Positions 10,801 to 23,040 of a DNA stretch of 64,000 bases are shown one piece after another. The notes below the pieces were generated by a model. It searched no databases. It was given only the letters and a program-made list of their open reading frames with translations, and was not told where the DNA came from. The position numbers and the translations under genes are program-made. The stretch comes from Mobula hypostoma (Eukaryota): positions 215,886,001 through 215,950,000 of the forward strand of contig NC_086097.1 of NCBI RefSeq assembly GCF_963921235.1, in the 5' to 3' direction. Position 1 is the stretch's first letter. Every line of letters begins with the position of its first letter.

Positions 10801-13800
10801 ATTACCGTGGTGGATGTCATTATAGTTGTATGTCATGATACAATTTTTCTATTTCATCCAGTTCCATTTTAATCCTACTATTGTATTAATAACGCCTGGT
10901 ACAATATACCCACATGCACCCAGCCAGTCTAAAACCTATTAAATATTTTTATTAATAGCCAATCAGAGCGATACATTATGGGAATTAAAAGTGGACGCTT
11001 ATGATCTGTGCCCATAATATTTTGAAAATCACATTCTTGATGATCAGGTACTGGTCTGTTAGGCACACAATGAGGTCGTGAGTTTAGATAACGCAACCAG
11101 AGAATCAGCAATTAGGTATTTGAATTCAATGTTAATAAGTACAGATAGGATTAACAAATTATCTATGGGAAATAACTTTTTTTTCTTTTTAAATGTCACT
11201 TTCCTCCGTTGACTGCGTGGTGAAGCAAACTAGATCGACGAGCTCCCGCAAAAATTAAGGAAACTTAGTACATCTAAGCATAAATTAAATCACTTAGAGC
11301 TGTAGCTCCCGACGAATTATCATGAACACTAAATGCTAGGTTTCAAAAGACGGCCCTATTTTCCACACTTTTAGTCACACCCCTTCTCACAAGTCCACAC
11401 TCTCTCACCCCAACGAACACATTTCTCGACGATGAAATTATTCACCCGCCAGACGTGATCCTGCTCCGCTATGTCCGGCGACCTTCGTTTGACTCTGTCG
11501 GCGAAACCGTTCTACCGAACCCCGAAATAAAAAGAGCACCCTCAAAAATAATCAGTTTGGCAGGCATCACTGGAGACAGAAACAAAGTTAAACTTTCAGA
11601 TCGATGCCCTTTCGTCGGAATTAGTTAACATTGTAAAGCAAGCATCTTGAGCTTGTAGGGCAGGGAGGTGGAGAGAGCAAGGGAATGTGTGTGTACGGGC
11701 AGGGCCCATAAGAGACTTAAAGGCATGTGGTAGTAGACGGGGTTAATCATGACCAGAATCTCTGCTGTAATAGGATATGTTATCAAAAGATCCCTTTTAA
11801 TGGTTCCTAAAAGACCATTCCCTTTGAAGTACTTTGGTTGGGTCACCAGCAACACCTTCTATTCCTGATGATTGGATTGGAATGGAATTATGTTCATAAT
11901 GCAAATTCCTCTAATTTGGGATGACCAAATGAAGATTGGATAGTTTTGCGGCAAACTTCCTTTTTAGTCAAGTTGCACCATCCTGAGCTTGTCACGTGCC
12001 ACTTTATTTTTTTCCCATATGACTACCACTTTGACCTCTACTTCAGTCTCTTTAAACTCAAATGAGCCCAAGGAACAACCTTGAAAGTATGATTAAGCAA
12101 TTCCCAGAGTTGAATGATTTGAAAAAAAAACAACTATTGACTATTTTTTTCAGACAGAATCTATTGCTAATGATGCTGTTATTTCCAGACTGTCTCCAGA
12201 CACATCTTCTCCTTCTTGTCTTATTACCACGTACGTGTGTCTTTCATGATTACCAGTTCTGTCATTAAAACTCCTTGGCCTTACTCACGATCAGAAACCT
12301 TCCTTTGCTTCTCCTTCCTCTGCTTCTCCACTTGATTAAAAATGGATACAAATCTTATCTCCATTGCTGATGAAAAGTGATCATCTTAATATATTAACTT
12401 CATTTCTGTCCCCACAGATACCTCCGAAACTGCTGAATATTTCCACCATTTCAATTCATCACCTACAGTTGCCCCTGTAAAAGAATGGTCTTTATTTATA
12501 ATCATAGAATTATTTGGACACAAAAAAAACCGGTTTGTCCCATTGATGTGTACCAGTTCTTTCAAAGACAGTCTCGCCAGTCTGTCACATTCTCCATCTT
12601 TTCTCTTGCCCTGCAAAGTGTTTATGAAATCATAGGATTCATGCTAATCTCATCAAGAAACAGCATAGTTGATGGTCAACAGCCCTGTTAATAATTCAGA
12701 GAGAGGTAATATAATTTTTCAGTAATTCAAATCCATTCTATGGAACTTTTTATGGAATCAGAAGTAATTAGAAGTTTAATTATATAATGAATGTTTTCTT
12801 CTACAACAATAACTTTACAAGATTGACTTGTAAAGAATTGCCTTTTAAGGTTGGAGATAAAATGACCAGAATCTACATTTTGCACTAAGATGCTTAAAAT
12901 ATCATTATATTAGAGCAAACGAGAATTGCTTTACTGAGTTAATTTGGATTTGTACACAGAATTTCCTGCTAAGGATAAATGCTATTATTCAAGGCATCTT
13001 AAAGTGAATTATTGTCCAGCCAATACTTGATGATACTAATAAAACTGAAATAAATACCAGCTCCTAAACTTAAAACAAAAACAGTAATCTAATGCATTAC
13101 ACAGTTTGCTTCTTTGAATATTTCTGTCACATGTAGAAGAATGCATGTAACAGTAAGGTGCAGTTATGCAGAACACATTCTGGAATCGTAATTTAAGTTC
13201 CCCAGAATACACGTTTACTAAATTAGCAATGATAAGAAAAGACATGATTTAGTCAAAACTATTTTGTTAGTCTGCAGTTACAATGTTGAAATAAATGATC
13301 TAGTTTAAAGTTTTTAAGTGAGCCTGTTTATATTAAAATAGTTATTCTTTAAGGAATTGAAAATATGGTAAGTACACGGTTAGAAGCTGTGGTTGAAAAT
13401 GATGCTTGGAAATGACAAATGGTCACAGAAAAATTGCTGCAATTGAAATACAAATTGGAGCACTACCCTGATTAGTGTTGAACTGCTTTGGTATTAATTT
13501 TGAATCCAATGTCATCACACGGGAAGTGTAATTTTAATTTCATATCAGAGTTGGTGCATTTACATTATTTTGCATAAATGAACAGTTGGAATGGCAGAAG
13601 TATCAACTGTAGTGTAAATAGAACATATGTATAAAGGCAGACAGCCACATGTAGAAAACTGTTGACTATAACAGACTGATTTATTTTAAATGTATGTATG
13701 ATCTGAATTAGAAAACTGTGAAAGACTGCATCACTCTAATTCTCTAACTTCTGCTGAAAAGTCATTGCTCCATTCAAATGTCTTGAACTCAATCCACATA

Positions 13801-13974
13801 ATAAGCTTCTACAGGTTTTTAGCAAATACAGTCTTCACAGGCAAGGCTGAGTTGATTGCTATGCATATGTAATATTGCCCTGTCACCTAACAGTCCAAGT
13901 GAAGAGTTTGCCAGGTTGAAGAATTTAGAGGCAATCATCTTTTTCTCCAGGTATGCACTTGGAAATAATTTGCT

Positions 13975-14182
13975 AAACACCAGAAGTTCTGTCAATGCTA
14001 GAAATCTTGAGCAACACAAAAAGCTGGCGAAACTCAGCAAATCAGGCAGCACCCATGGAGGGAAGGGGGTGGAATAAATAGTAAATGTTTCGGGCTGACA
14101 CCCATCATTCAAGTCTTGGTGAAAGTTCTCAGCCCAAAATGTCAACTGCTTGTTTCCCTTCATTGACACTGTCTGACCTACA
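13975..14182. mobile_element. Short palindromic Penelope-derived insertion with two degenerate hammerhead motifs
   Basis: Inverted arms around ~14110. Degenerate TSD aaataatttgct (13963-13974) / aagtaatttgat (14183-14194). Shares the gctgg..gaactcagca..tcaggcagca tail with the GIY-YIG-bearing element at 15834. Confidence 0.7.
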
Positions 14183-14539
14183 AAGTAATTTGATGTTATG
14201 CCATATGAATACAGGTATTATTTAAATAGGATCATATCAACAATCGAATTGTTTTGCAGGATAATTTATATTTTAGTTGCAGAAATTTTGGCTCCATGAA
14301 CAGGCTAGCTCATGGTTTGGATGCCAACAATGCTACACTGGATCAAATATATTCAAATATGTTTCATCAAAGTATGAAAAGTTAAACATCAGATTTGTAT
14401 TAAATTGCTCAGAAAGGAGTAGCGTGGAGGGAATAACAGGAATATCTTCAAAAGGATGGTGACAGAGAGACTGAATGACAGAAGTGCTGATGGCATTGCT
14501 TTAACAGAGGTTGCTAAAAGCTGTAAATTAAAGAAGATC

Positions 14540-14737
14540 CTAAACACAAGAGATTCTACAAATGCTGGAAATCTAGAGTAACACACACAAATTGCTGGAG
14601 AAACTCAGCAGGTCAGTCAGCATCTATGAAGATGAACAGTCAATGTTTCAGGCCAAGACTCTTCATCAGATGATAAAGAGTCTAGGCCTGAAATGTTGAC
14701 TGTATATTCATCTCCATAGATGCTGCCTGACCTACTG
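14540..14737. mobile_element. 198-bp palindromic Penelope-derived insertion with head-to-head hammerhead motifs
   Basis: Arms 14603-14668 and 14671-14740 are reverse complements. Exact 14-bp TSD aattaaagaagatc at 14526-14539 and 14738-14751. Confidence 0.85.
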
Positions 14738-15110
14738 AATTAAAGAAGATCATCTGGAAGGAAAGTAAATAGAAAATGATGAATGAGAATAGAGGTGAAA
14801 ATCTTAAATAAAAGGGAATTCTGGAGATGCTCAGTAGGTTAGGTACATCTGAAGAGGCAGAGAAACAGTATTAATGTGAAGGGTTAATAACCTTTCATCA
14901 AAACCGGCCAGCACTGATAAAAGCTCGGTAGGTTTGTTATCTGAAACTGCTGAATGCAGTGTGGAGTCTCATAAACAGTATTGTGTTTAGCTGGAAGATG
15001 GGCTGTTGCACTGGAGCATGCATTGGGCTTTTCTGGCCTTATTTCTTTTCAATACACAAGTACTGTATGATATCTTGAAGATCAGCCACATCAAAGAACT
15101 TTTGCCTATT

Positions 15111-15210
15111 GCAACAAACACAAAATGCTGGTGGAACTCAGCAAATCAGGTAGTGTTTATGGAGAGGAATAAGTAGTCGATGACTGGTGAAGAGGCCCTT
15201 CATCAGAACA
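15111..15210 (-). mobile_element. ~100-bp Penelope terminal (pLTR tail plus degenerate hammerhead) insertion
   Basis: gcaacaaacacaaaatgctggtggaactcagcaaatcagg...ggcccttcatcag matches the family. The flanks ttttgcctat / ttttacctac look like a decayed TSD. Confidence 0.65.
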
Positions 15211-15833
15211 CATTTTTACCTACTATTCTTTTAGAGAACAGTTATCAGTTATTTTGCTAATAACTGACAACTACGGGTTTAAACTCGGGATATACAGCAG
15301 TTACTAACTCTTCATACACAGTAATATAAACAAAGCAACTCAAGTTAATCTGCATTCCTTAAGGACACAAACTACTTTCACTGAACAGTGTTTTTTTGAC
15401 TTGAAGCTTTGTATCTGCAATGCAATTGCTTCCTGCTCGTCAACCCAACAAAGGCATTAACTAAACTGTTCATGTGATCCTATTACATGCTTCTATTCTA
15501 GACGTTATTGTTATATTTTTATCTGTACCATGTTCATTGAAAGGTGATTAAGCAAATGAACAACTTCTGGAATTTTCAAAGGGTTACTTTTACACTGCAG
15601 TTACACTCTTTCTCTATACGTCCCATATAAGTAGGTTAGCCAGGGAAGCTGAAGTTACTCAAAAGAAATATAATTTATTTTAAAATAAACTACTTATGTG
15701 TTTAATAGCTTTCTATGAAAGTAAGTGGTCTAATCCCAGGCTTTCAAGACCATGATCTGAGGCATTATATGCTGTGAGGTTCATTTTATCATCAAACTCC
15801 ACTGTAGCCATGCCCTTTCCCCATCATAAACAT

Positions 15834-16834
15834 AAACACAAAGTAATCTCCAGATGCTGGGAACAAAGCAACACTCACAGCACGCTGGAGGAACTCAACA
15901 GGTCGAGAAGCATCAGTGGAAACGATGAGTCGACGTTTCGGGCCGGAACCCTTCGTCAGGACTGAAGAAAGAAGGAGGGGGAAGGATTTGAAGAAGGTTT
16001 GTAGGTTCAGCTGAAAAACCAGTAATTTGAAAGACTGTGGGGATGGGCGAATGGATGAGCCCTCCGCGACTCCCTTATCCGCACATCCATCCCCACGGAT
16101 CTCCCACCTGGCACTTATCCCTGTAAGTGTAAGTGCTACACCTGTCCCTACACCTCCGCTCTTGCCACCATTCAGGGCCCCAAACAGTCCTTCCAGGTGA
16201 GGCAGCACTTCACTTGTGAGTCTGTTGGGGTTATATATTGCATCCGGTGCTCCCGGTGCGGCCTCCTCTACATCGGTGAAACCCAATGCAAATTGGGGGA
16301 CCACTTCATCAAGCACCTCCACTCCATCCGCCACAACAGACAGGATCTCCCGGTAGCCACCCACTTCAACTCTGCTTCCCATTCCCATTCAGATATGTCC
16401 ATACATGGCCTCCTCTACTGCCATGATGAGGCTAAACTCAGGTTGGAGGAGCAACACCTCATATACCGTCTAGGTAGTCTCCAGCCCCTTGGTATGAACA
16501 TAGGATTCTCCAACTTCCAGTAATTCCCTCCCCCTCCCTTCCTCTATCCCTATTTCACTCTGTCCCCTCCCCCAGCTGCCTATCACCTCCCTCATGGTTC
16601 CGCCTCCTTCTTCTACTACCCATTGTTTTCCTGCCTATGACGTCCCTGCTTCCCCTCCCTCACCCCTTTGTCTTTCAAATTACTGGTTTTTCAACTGAAC
16701 CTACAAGCATTCTTCAAATCCTTCCCCCTCCTTCTTTCTTCAGTCCTGACAAAGAGTTCCGGCCCGAAATGTCGACTCATCATTTCCACTGATGCTGCCC
16801 AACCTGCTGAGTTCCTCCAGTGTGCTGTGAGTGT
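15834..16834 (+). mobile_element. 5'-truncated Penelope-like element: inverted pLTR, GIY-YIG endonuclease C-terminal region, pLTR
   Basis: ORF 16197-16523 reads VIYCIRCSRCGLLYIGET...HFNS...EQHLIYRLGSLQPLGMN (PLE GIY-YIG). ~165-bp inverted repeats at ~15870-16035 and ~16670-16834. Exact 14-bp TSD cccatcataaacat at 15820-15833 and 16835-16848. Confidence 0.92.
15928..15963 (-). ncRNA. Minimal type I hammerhead ribozyme motif, intact core
   Basis: Minus strand AGUC CUGACGA A GGGU-UCCG-GCCC GAAA CG UC GACU: stem I AGUC/GACU, CUGANGA and GAAA boxes, palindromic ACGU mini stem III, UC cleavage site. The + strand twin (16742-16777) has core mutations (CTGACAA, GAAATG). Confidence 0.75.
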
Positions 16835-16983
16835 CCCATCATAAACATGCTCTTACTCAGAGGAAAATTATTAATAGGGATTTATAAAACCAAAGGTGAA
16901 CTACGTAGGAGCTGTGTTTTTAAAGCTGTCTCCTTGATGTCTGTGGTATAACTGTTTTCATCTAATTGATCTACACAACAAAA

Positions 16984-17239
16984 TTTCACCTTGGACGGTC
17001 CGAAGCCCAGCTGCGAAAGGGGGTGTGTTGGACATGGGGCTAGCAACCCCATCTGGTATAAACCCAGTGCTGCAGAACTGCCAAAAGAGGCTCTGAAGAG
17101 CTCATCTCTGGGAGAAGAAGGAAACACCAAGAAGATGGGCTACACCTGGAGACAATGTGAAAGACTGGCTCAGGACAGACGACTCTTGTGAGCTTCTGTC
17201 AGAGGCATGTTCCTCTGTAGGGGTGATGAGGCTTCAGAA
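16984..17239 (+). mobile_element. Short non-autonomous RTE-type retroposon (5'-UTR-like segment fused to an RTE 3' end)
   Basis: The 3' part encodes GYTWRQCERLAQDRRL, typical of RTE C-termini. The 5' part has the ggggctagcaacccca motif. TSD gatctacacaacaaaa (16968-16983) / gatttacataacaaaa (17240-17255). Confidence 0.6.
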
Positions 17240-17394
17240 GATTTACATAACAAAAAAATAGGTGTTTCTCAATAGCACCTCTATAGGCTAAACATACACT
17301 TCTGGCTCTATGTGACACCTGACTCTTAGAAATCTGCCATATATGTTATATGGGCATTGAGACATTTGATTTTTCTTTAAAGAGGAAGATGTCT

Positions 17395-17950
17395 GCAATT
17401 TTCAACTGTAGTACAACTAACTGGAAAATGATGTCTCTTTATTCTGAGGCTGTGCCCTTTGGTTCCAGATTCAACATTATAGGAAACATCATCGCCACAT
17501 CCCTCTATCTAGGCCTTTCAATATTCAATAGGTTTCAATGAGATCACCCCCATTTCCCCTTTCTTCTAAACTGCAGTGTGTACAGGCACAGAGCAATCAA
17601 ATGCTCCTTATATGTTAACTCTTTCATCCTTGGAATCAGTCTCGTGAACACCCTCAGTTCCTCTCCAATGCAAATGCATCTTTTTTTTAGATAAGGGAGC
17701 CAAAACTGCTCATTTTAGTCCAAGTGTGGTCTGACCAATGCCTTATAAAGCCTCAGCATCACATCCTTGTTCTTATATTCTAGTGCTCTCAAAACGAATG
17801 CTAACATTGCATTTACCTTCCTCACCATCGAATCAACCTGCAAGTTAGCTTTCAGAAATCCTGCACCATGACTCCCAAGTACCTTTGCGCCTCTGATTTT
17901 TGAATTTTCTCCATGTTCATAAAATAGTCTATGTCTCTTTTCCTTCTACT
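17395..17950 (-). mobile_element. Decayed CR1 LINE fragment (RT 3' region)
   Basis: Similar to the CR1 copies at 25560 and 32907 (ccaaaactgctc..ccaagtgtggtctgaccaatgccttata; gctaacattgcattt). Confidence 0.75.
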
Positions 17951-18650
17951 CACATATCAGACAGCCAGGCTGTGCTCCTCTCCGTCAGATAAACAGGGAC
18001 TGAATGTGAGGATCTAGTATAGAAAATCAGGCTGAGGAAATAGATGAGCTTCTACATGGCTGCATTGAGTCAGTAGACGGGCCCATATTCAAGTACTCAG
18101 TGGCCATCCTAAGTGAGTATGCCACAGCTCTCACAGACTTCATCAGCAAGTGTGCTGAGGACTGTGTACCGAAGATTCATCAGCAAGTGCGCAAAGGACT
18201 GCGTACCAAAGATTCATTAGCAAGTGTGCAGAGGAATGTGTACCAACGAGGTAAATATGGGTGTTCGCCTACTGGAAACCACTGATGAGGAGGCAGTAGG
18301 GAAAGGGGATCCTCTCCCTACTGAGGTTCAGGTCTGCAGCATTCAAAATGAATGACCTTGACCTGTATAGGAAGTCGAACCTGTTCATCAGGTGGAAGAT
18401 TAAAGAGCTTAAAAATGTAAACCAAGTTCAAGGACAGCTCTTGTGTCTTGAAGGTTTTCTCCCAATCTTACTATCTACCTTGTCATGGCTTTTACACCCT
18501 ATGTCTGCTTGCACTGCACTTCCTCGTATCTGTAATTGCAGTACCTCTAAGCACTTATGATTTTGAAATGATCTGAATGGCTGACTTGTAAAACTACACT
18601 TTTCACTATATCTTTGGTATGTGTGACAATAATAGACTATTTCCAATAAT
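17950..18650 (+). mobile_element. Internally deleted Rex1/Babar-like LINE remnant
   Basis: Encodes SEYATALTDFISKCAEDCVP. The 3' tail reads cttttcactatatctttggtatgtgtgacaataa. Confidence 0.55.
18139..18249 (+). repeat. Tandem triplication of a 37-bp unit
   Basis: Unit ttcatcagcaagtgtgctgaggactgtgtaccgaaga at 18139, 18176 and 18213, with several substitutions and no spacers. Confidence 0.85.
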
Positions 18651-18869
18651 GATATTATAGATGTTTCCCTTGGATCATAAAATAAAATTTTACAATTTTT
18701 ACAATACATAAAACAATTGAATATCAGGAAATAATCAATCTCTCCAAATTGGGATTTGTTTTACATTAGTAGTCAAAATATTCATGAGAAATAATTAATC
18801 AGATGTTAAATGTTTTTGTAACACAAGCTTAGGAATTGCCAAGACTATTAGTAATATCGTAAAAAAAGT

Positions 18870-19459
18870 TGAAAGTTCGAAGTAACTTTATTTTCAAAGT
18901 ACGTACATGTCACCATATAGAACCCTGAGATTTATTTTCTTGCAGGCATACTCAATAAATGTATAAAATAATAACCATAACAGAATCAATGAAAGACCAC
19001 ACCAACTTCGGCATTCAGCCATTGCGCAAAAGACAGCAAATTGTGTAAATACAAAAAGAAAGAAATAATAATAATAAATTTTTAAAAAAGCAATATCGAG
19101 AACATGAGATGAAGAGTCCTTGAAAATGGGTCTATAGGTTGTGGAACAGTTCAGTGATGGGGCAAGTTAAGTTGAGTGAAGTTTTTCCCTTTGGTTGAAG
19201 AGCCTGATGATTGATAGTTAGAACTGTTCCTGAACCTGGTGGTGTGAGTCTGAGGCTCCTGTATCTTCTTCCTGAAGGCAGCAGCGATAAGAGAGCATAT
19301 CCTGGATGGTGTGGGTCCCTGATGATGGATGCAACAGCATTTCATGTAGATGTGCTCAATGGTAGGAAGGGCTTTACCCATGATGGACTGGGCCATATCC
19401 ACTACTTTTTGTGGGATGCTCCATAGAAGGGAATTGGTGTTTCCATACCAGGCTATGTT
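18870..19459 (-). mobile_element. Rex1/Babar-like LINE 3' end
   Basis: Encodes IAWYGNTNS...QKVVDMAQSIMGKALPTIEHIY, followed by the family 3' UTR ending ...ctttgaaaataaagttacttcgaactttc. Confidence 0.75.
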
Positions 19460-20533
19460 ACATAAGAACATAAGAAATAGGAGCAGGAGTAGGCCATCTG
19501 GCTCATCGAGCCTGCCCCGTCATTCAATAAGATCATCGCTGATCTGTCCGTAAACTCAGCTCCATCTACCTGTCTTTTCCCCATAACCCTTAATTCCCTT
19601 ACTATGTAAAAGCCTGTCTAACTGTTTCTTAAATATATTTAGTGAAGAAGCCTCATTTTCTTCCCTGGGCAGAGAATTCCACAGATTCACTACTCTCTGG
19701 GAAAAACAGTTTCTCCTCATCTCTGTCCTATATCTTCTCCCCTGAATCTTGAGGCAATGTCCCCTAGTTCTAGTCTCACCTACCAATGGAAACAACTTTC
19801 CTACTTCTATCTTATCTATCCCTTTCAAAATTCTGTATCTTTCTATAAGATCCCCTCTCATTCTTCTGAACTCCAGAGAGTATAGTCCCAGGCGACTCAA
19901 CCTCTCCTCATAGGTAAACCCTTCATCCCCGGAATCAACCTGGTGAACCTCCTCTGCACTGCCTCCAAAGCCAGTATATCCTTCCTCAAGTATGGAGACC
20001 AAAACTGCCCACAGTACTCCAGGTGCGGCCTCACCAGTACCCTGTATAGTTGCAGCATGACCTCCCTGCTCTAGAATTCAATCCCTCTAGCAATGAATTC
20101 CGTTTGCCTTCTTAATAACCTGTTGTACCTGCAAGCCAGCTTTTTGCGATTCATGCACAAGCACTCCTAAGTCCCTCTGTACAACAGCATGCTGCAATCT
20201 TTCACCATTTAAATAATAATCTACTCTTCTATAATTCCTTCCAAAGTGGATGATCTCGCATTTACCAACATTGTATTCCATCTGCCAGACCTTGGCCCAC
20301 TCATTTAACCTATCTATATCCCTCTGCAGACTCTCCACATCCTCTGTACAATTTGCTTTTCCACTCAGTTTAGTGTCATCAGCAAATTTCGCTACGCTAC
20401 ACTCAGACCCCTCTTCCAAATCATCAATGTAAATGGTAAACAGCTGTGGGCCCAGCACCGACCCCTGCGGCACCCCACTCACCACCGACTGCCAACTGGA
20501 GAAACACCCACTTATACCAACTCTCTGCCTTCT
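19460..20533 (-). mobile_element. 5'-truncated CR1 LINE
   Basis: RT motifs SGVPQGSVLGP and AKFADDTKL, C-terminal RVVNLWNSLP, (ttcttatg)n 3' tail; contains frameshifts. Confidence 0.92.
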
Positions 20534-20794
20534 AGTATTTGAAAAAGAAAATCATATCAAATAACACTATTTAATTTGTGCTATAACAGTTCCTAATAGC
20601 TCCTGTACATGTTAATTAGTACTAAATGGAAGGTATAAATTTACAATGTGTATTATTAGAGCTGCGGCATTATTGCTGGCTCAGAAAAATTTTATGTACA
20701 ATGAGTATTTAAATCAGAATACATTATGCATCATATAAACATTGGAATAACTCAGTGTACATTTATGAATATATTTATAAAACAAAATATACAG

Positions 20795-21637
20795 CTTAAG
20801 AACAAAGAGCTGATTATTAACTACAGGAGGAAGAAACTGGAGATCCATGAGCCAATCGTCATTAGGGGATTGGAGACAGAGAGGGTCAGTAACATTAAAT
20901 TCCTTGGTATTATCAATTCAGAGGATCTGTCCTGGGATCAGCATGTCCCACTAAAAAGTAGACTTTTTAGACTTTTTACAATAGCACCTCTATCTTCTTC
21001 AAAGTTTGTGCAGATTCGTCATGTCATCCAAAACTTTGACAAACTTATATAGATGTACAGTGGAGGGTGTATTGACTGGTTGCATCACAGCCTGGTATGG
21101 GAACACTAATGCCCTTGAATGGAAGGAACTACAAAAAGTAATGGATACAGCCCAGTCCATCACAGGAAAAGCCCTCCCCACCATTCAGCACATCTACAAT
21201 TAGCATTACAACAAAAGAACAGCATCCATCATCAAGGACTCTCACCATCCAGGCCATGCTCTGTTCTCACTGCTGCCATCAGGAGGGAAGCACAAGAGTC
21301 CTAGTTCACACACCATCAGGTTCAGGAACTATTATCATCTCTCATCCATCAGACTCCTGAACCAGCATTGATAACTTCACTCAACACAGCTCATTCCCCA
21401 ACCTAGGGACTCTATAACTCATGTTCTCGGTATTATTTATTTATTTATTTATTTATATTTTAGTGTTTGCGCATATTGTCTTCACTTGCACATTGATTGT
21501 GTGTCAGTCTTTGTTTTTGTGTAGTTTTCCATTGATTCTGTCTTATTTCTTTGTTCTACTGTGAATGCCTGCAAGGAAATGAATCTCAGGATGACATATA
21601 CACACTTTGATAATAAATTTAATTTACTTTACTTTCA
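20795..21637 (+). mobile_element. Rex1/Babar-like LINE 3' portion
   Basis: Encodes KNKELIINYRRK...IKFLGI and LYRCTVEGVLTGCITAWYGNT...KELQKVMDTAQSITG. The 3' UTR ends actttgataataaattt. Confidence 0.8.
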
Positions 21638-22679
21638 AAACGACCTAACTTATTTGCAGGATGAATGTAATAGTCTTGCAGAATTTGTACATAGAGTGAC
21701 AAGCACCACATAGTTGTACAGCTAATTTACCAGTGACTGACTTGTCTATTCCTTTCAAATGATTTCTCCTACTTTGTACCTTGACCCAATTCAAAAGATT
21801 AAGTATATTATTTTTGTTTCTCTTTTATTTTACTTTCATCCTGCCGAACAGCAAATCCTGACAGAATAGAATTCAGTAGAATATTTTGGTCTCCTGCCAG
21901 TAGCATAGTAAACCAAAAAAGAATCAAAAGGCATTAGCTGAGTTTTGCAGAGTACCTAACAATACTGCCTTTTCAAGGAAGGAGCAAACTCCCCAGCATC
22001 TGTTCCAGATTGGAATAAATCTCCCTCAAAAATGTAGGTTTTTTTGGAGACTGTATGTCTGGAAGAAGAAGAGGAAGTTACACCATAGCAGAATGGGCAA
22101 ATATTTTCTTTGTTGTCCTTTTTCAATGTATAGTAATCCCATAGTAAATCATATGGACAGAATATGTACCTTGATGATTATTGGTTGCATTTATTGGCTC
22201 AGTTCATATGCATTATTATCTAAACTATGTTAACGTTACATGAATCTTCAGAGACTTTTAGTGATCCCTATTGATCCACTGGAGTTCTCTCAGTTGTGAT
22301 GCCCTACTTGTCCTCTCCTTAAAATATTTCTTCTATTTTTATCAGATTTGTGCCATAAATGTACATTTTCCACATGCCTGATGGAATCAATCATCACGTA
22401 AACATGCAGATCTCAAACCACCATTCGAAAGTGCAAGATGCGTGGGATCAATTTTGGCTGTATGTTAATTTAAACTTAAATTAGAACTTCTTTCCGTTTC
22501 TAAGTTTTACTTGTTTTCCTGTCATGGGATGGCCGTGTAAATATGCTGTACTCTATCTGCTCTATGATATGCTGTGCTGCTTTGTAAAATAAGAATAAAT
22601 AATAATAAAAATTTGAATTACCGAAAAAAAAACACCATTCGTTCCATTTAAGCAAATATCAGATCTCTGCTCACATTTC

Positions 22680-23040
22680 AGGAACAATTACCAATCAACC
22701 ATCATGCTTTTGAACCAGAGAAGATAACTTCACTCATCCTCATACTAAATGGCTCCCACAACCTATGGACTCATTTTCAAGGACTCTCCATCTCATGTTC
22801 TCGATATATATTGTTTATTTTTTATTATTATTATTTTTTATGTTTTTATCTTTCTTTTTATATTTACACAGTTTATCTTTTGCACATTGGTTGTTTTTCT
22901 GTCTTGTTGTATGTGTGTTTTCATTGATTCTATTGTGTTTCTTTGTATTTACTATGAATGACTGCAAGAAAATGAATCTCAGGGTAGTACATGATGACAT
23001 ATGTACATTGATAATGACTTTACTTTGAACTTTGAACTTC
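22680..23040 (+). mobile_element. Rex1/Babar-like LINE 3' UTR fragment
   Basis: gataacttcactca...gcaagaaaatgaatctcagggtagt...tttactttgaactttgaac, matching the copies at 21350-21637 and 51185-51612. Confidence 0.75.

Noticed and set aside
11555..12455. Hammerhead-like strings at ~11590-11620 and ~12367-12400
   Set aside because: Old Penelope tail remnants with broken CUGANGA/GAAA boxes; not called as ribozymes.
15792..16388. 198-aa minus-strand ORF
   Set aside because: Antisense to the Penelope GIY-YIG and pLTR; no domain evidence.
18139..18249. Three 37-bp repeats, of CRISPR-repeat size
   Set aside because: Head-to-tail with no spacers, inside a LINE remnant in a vertebrate genome, and no cas genes: a simple tandem triplication.
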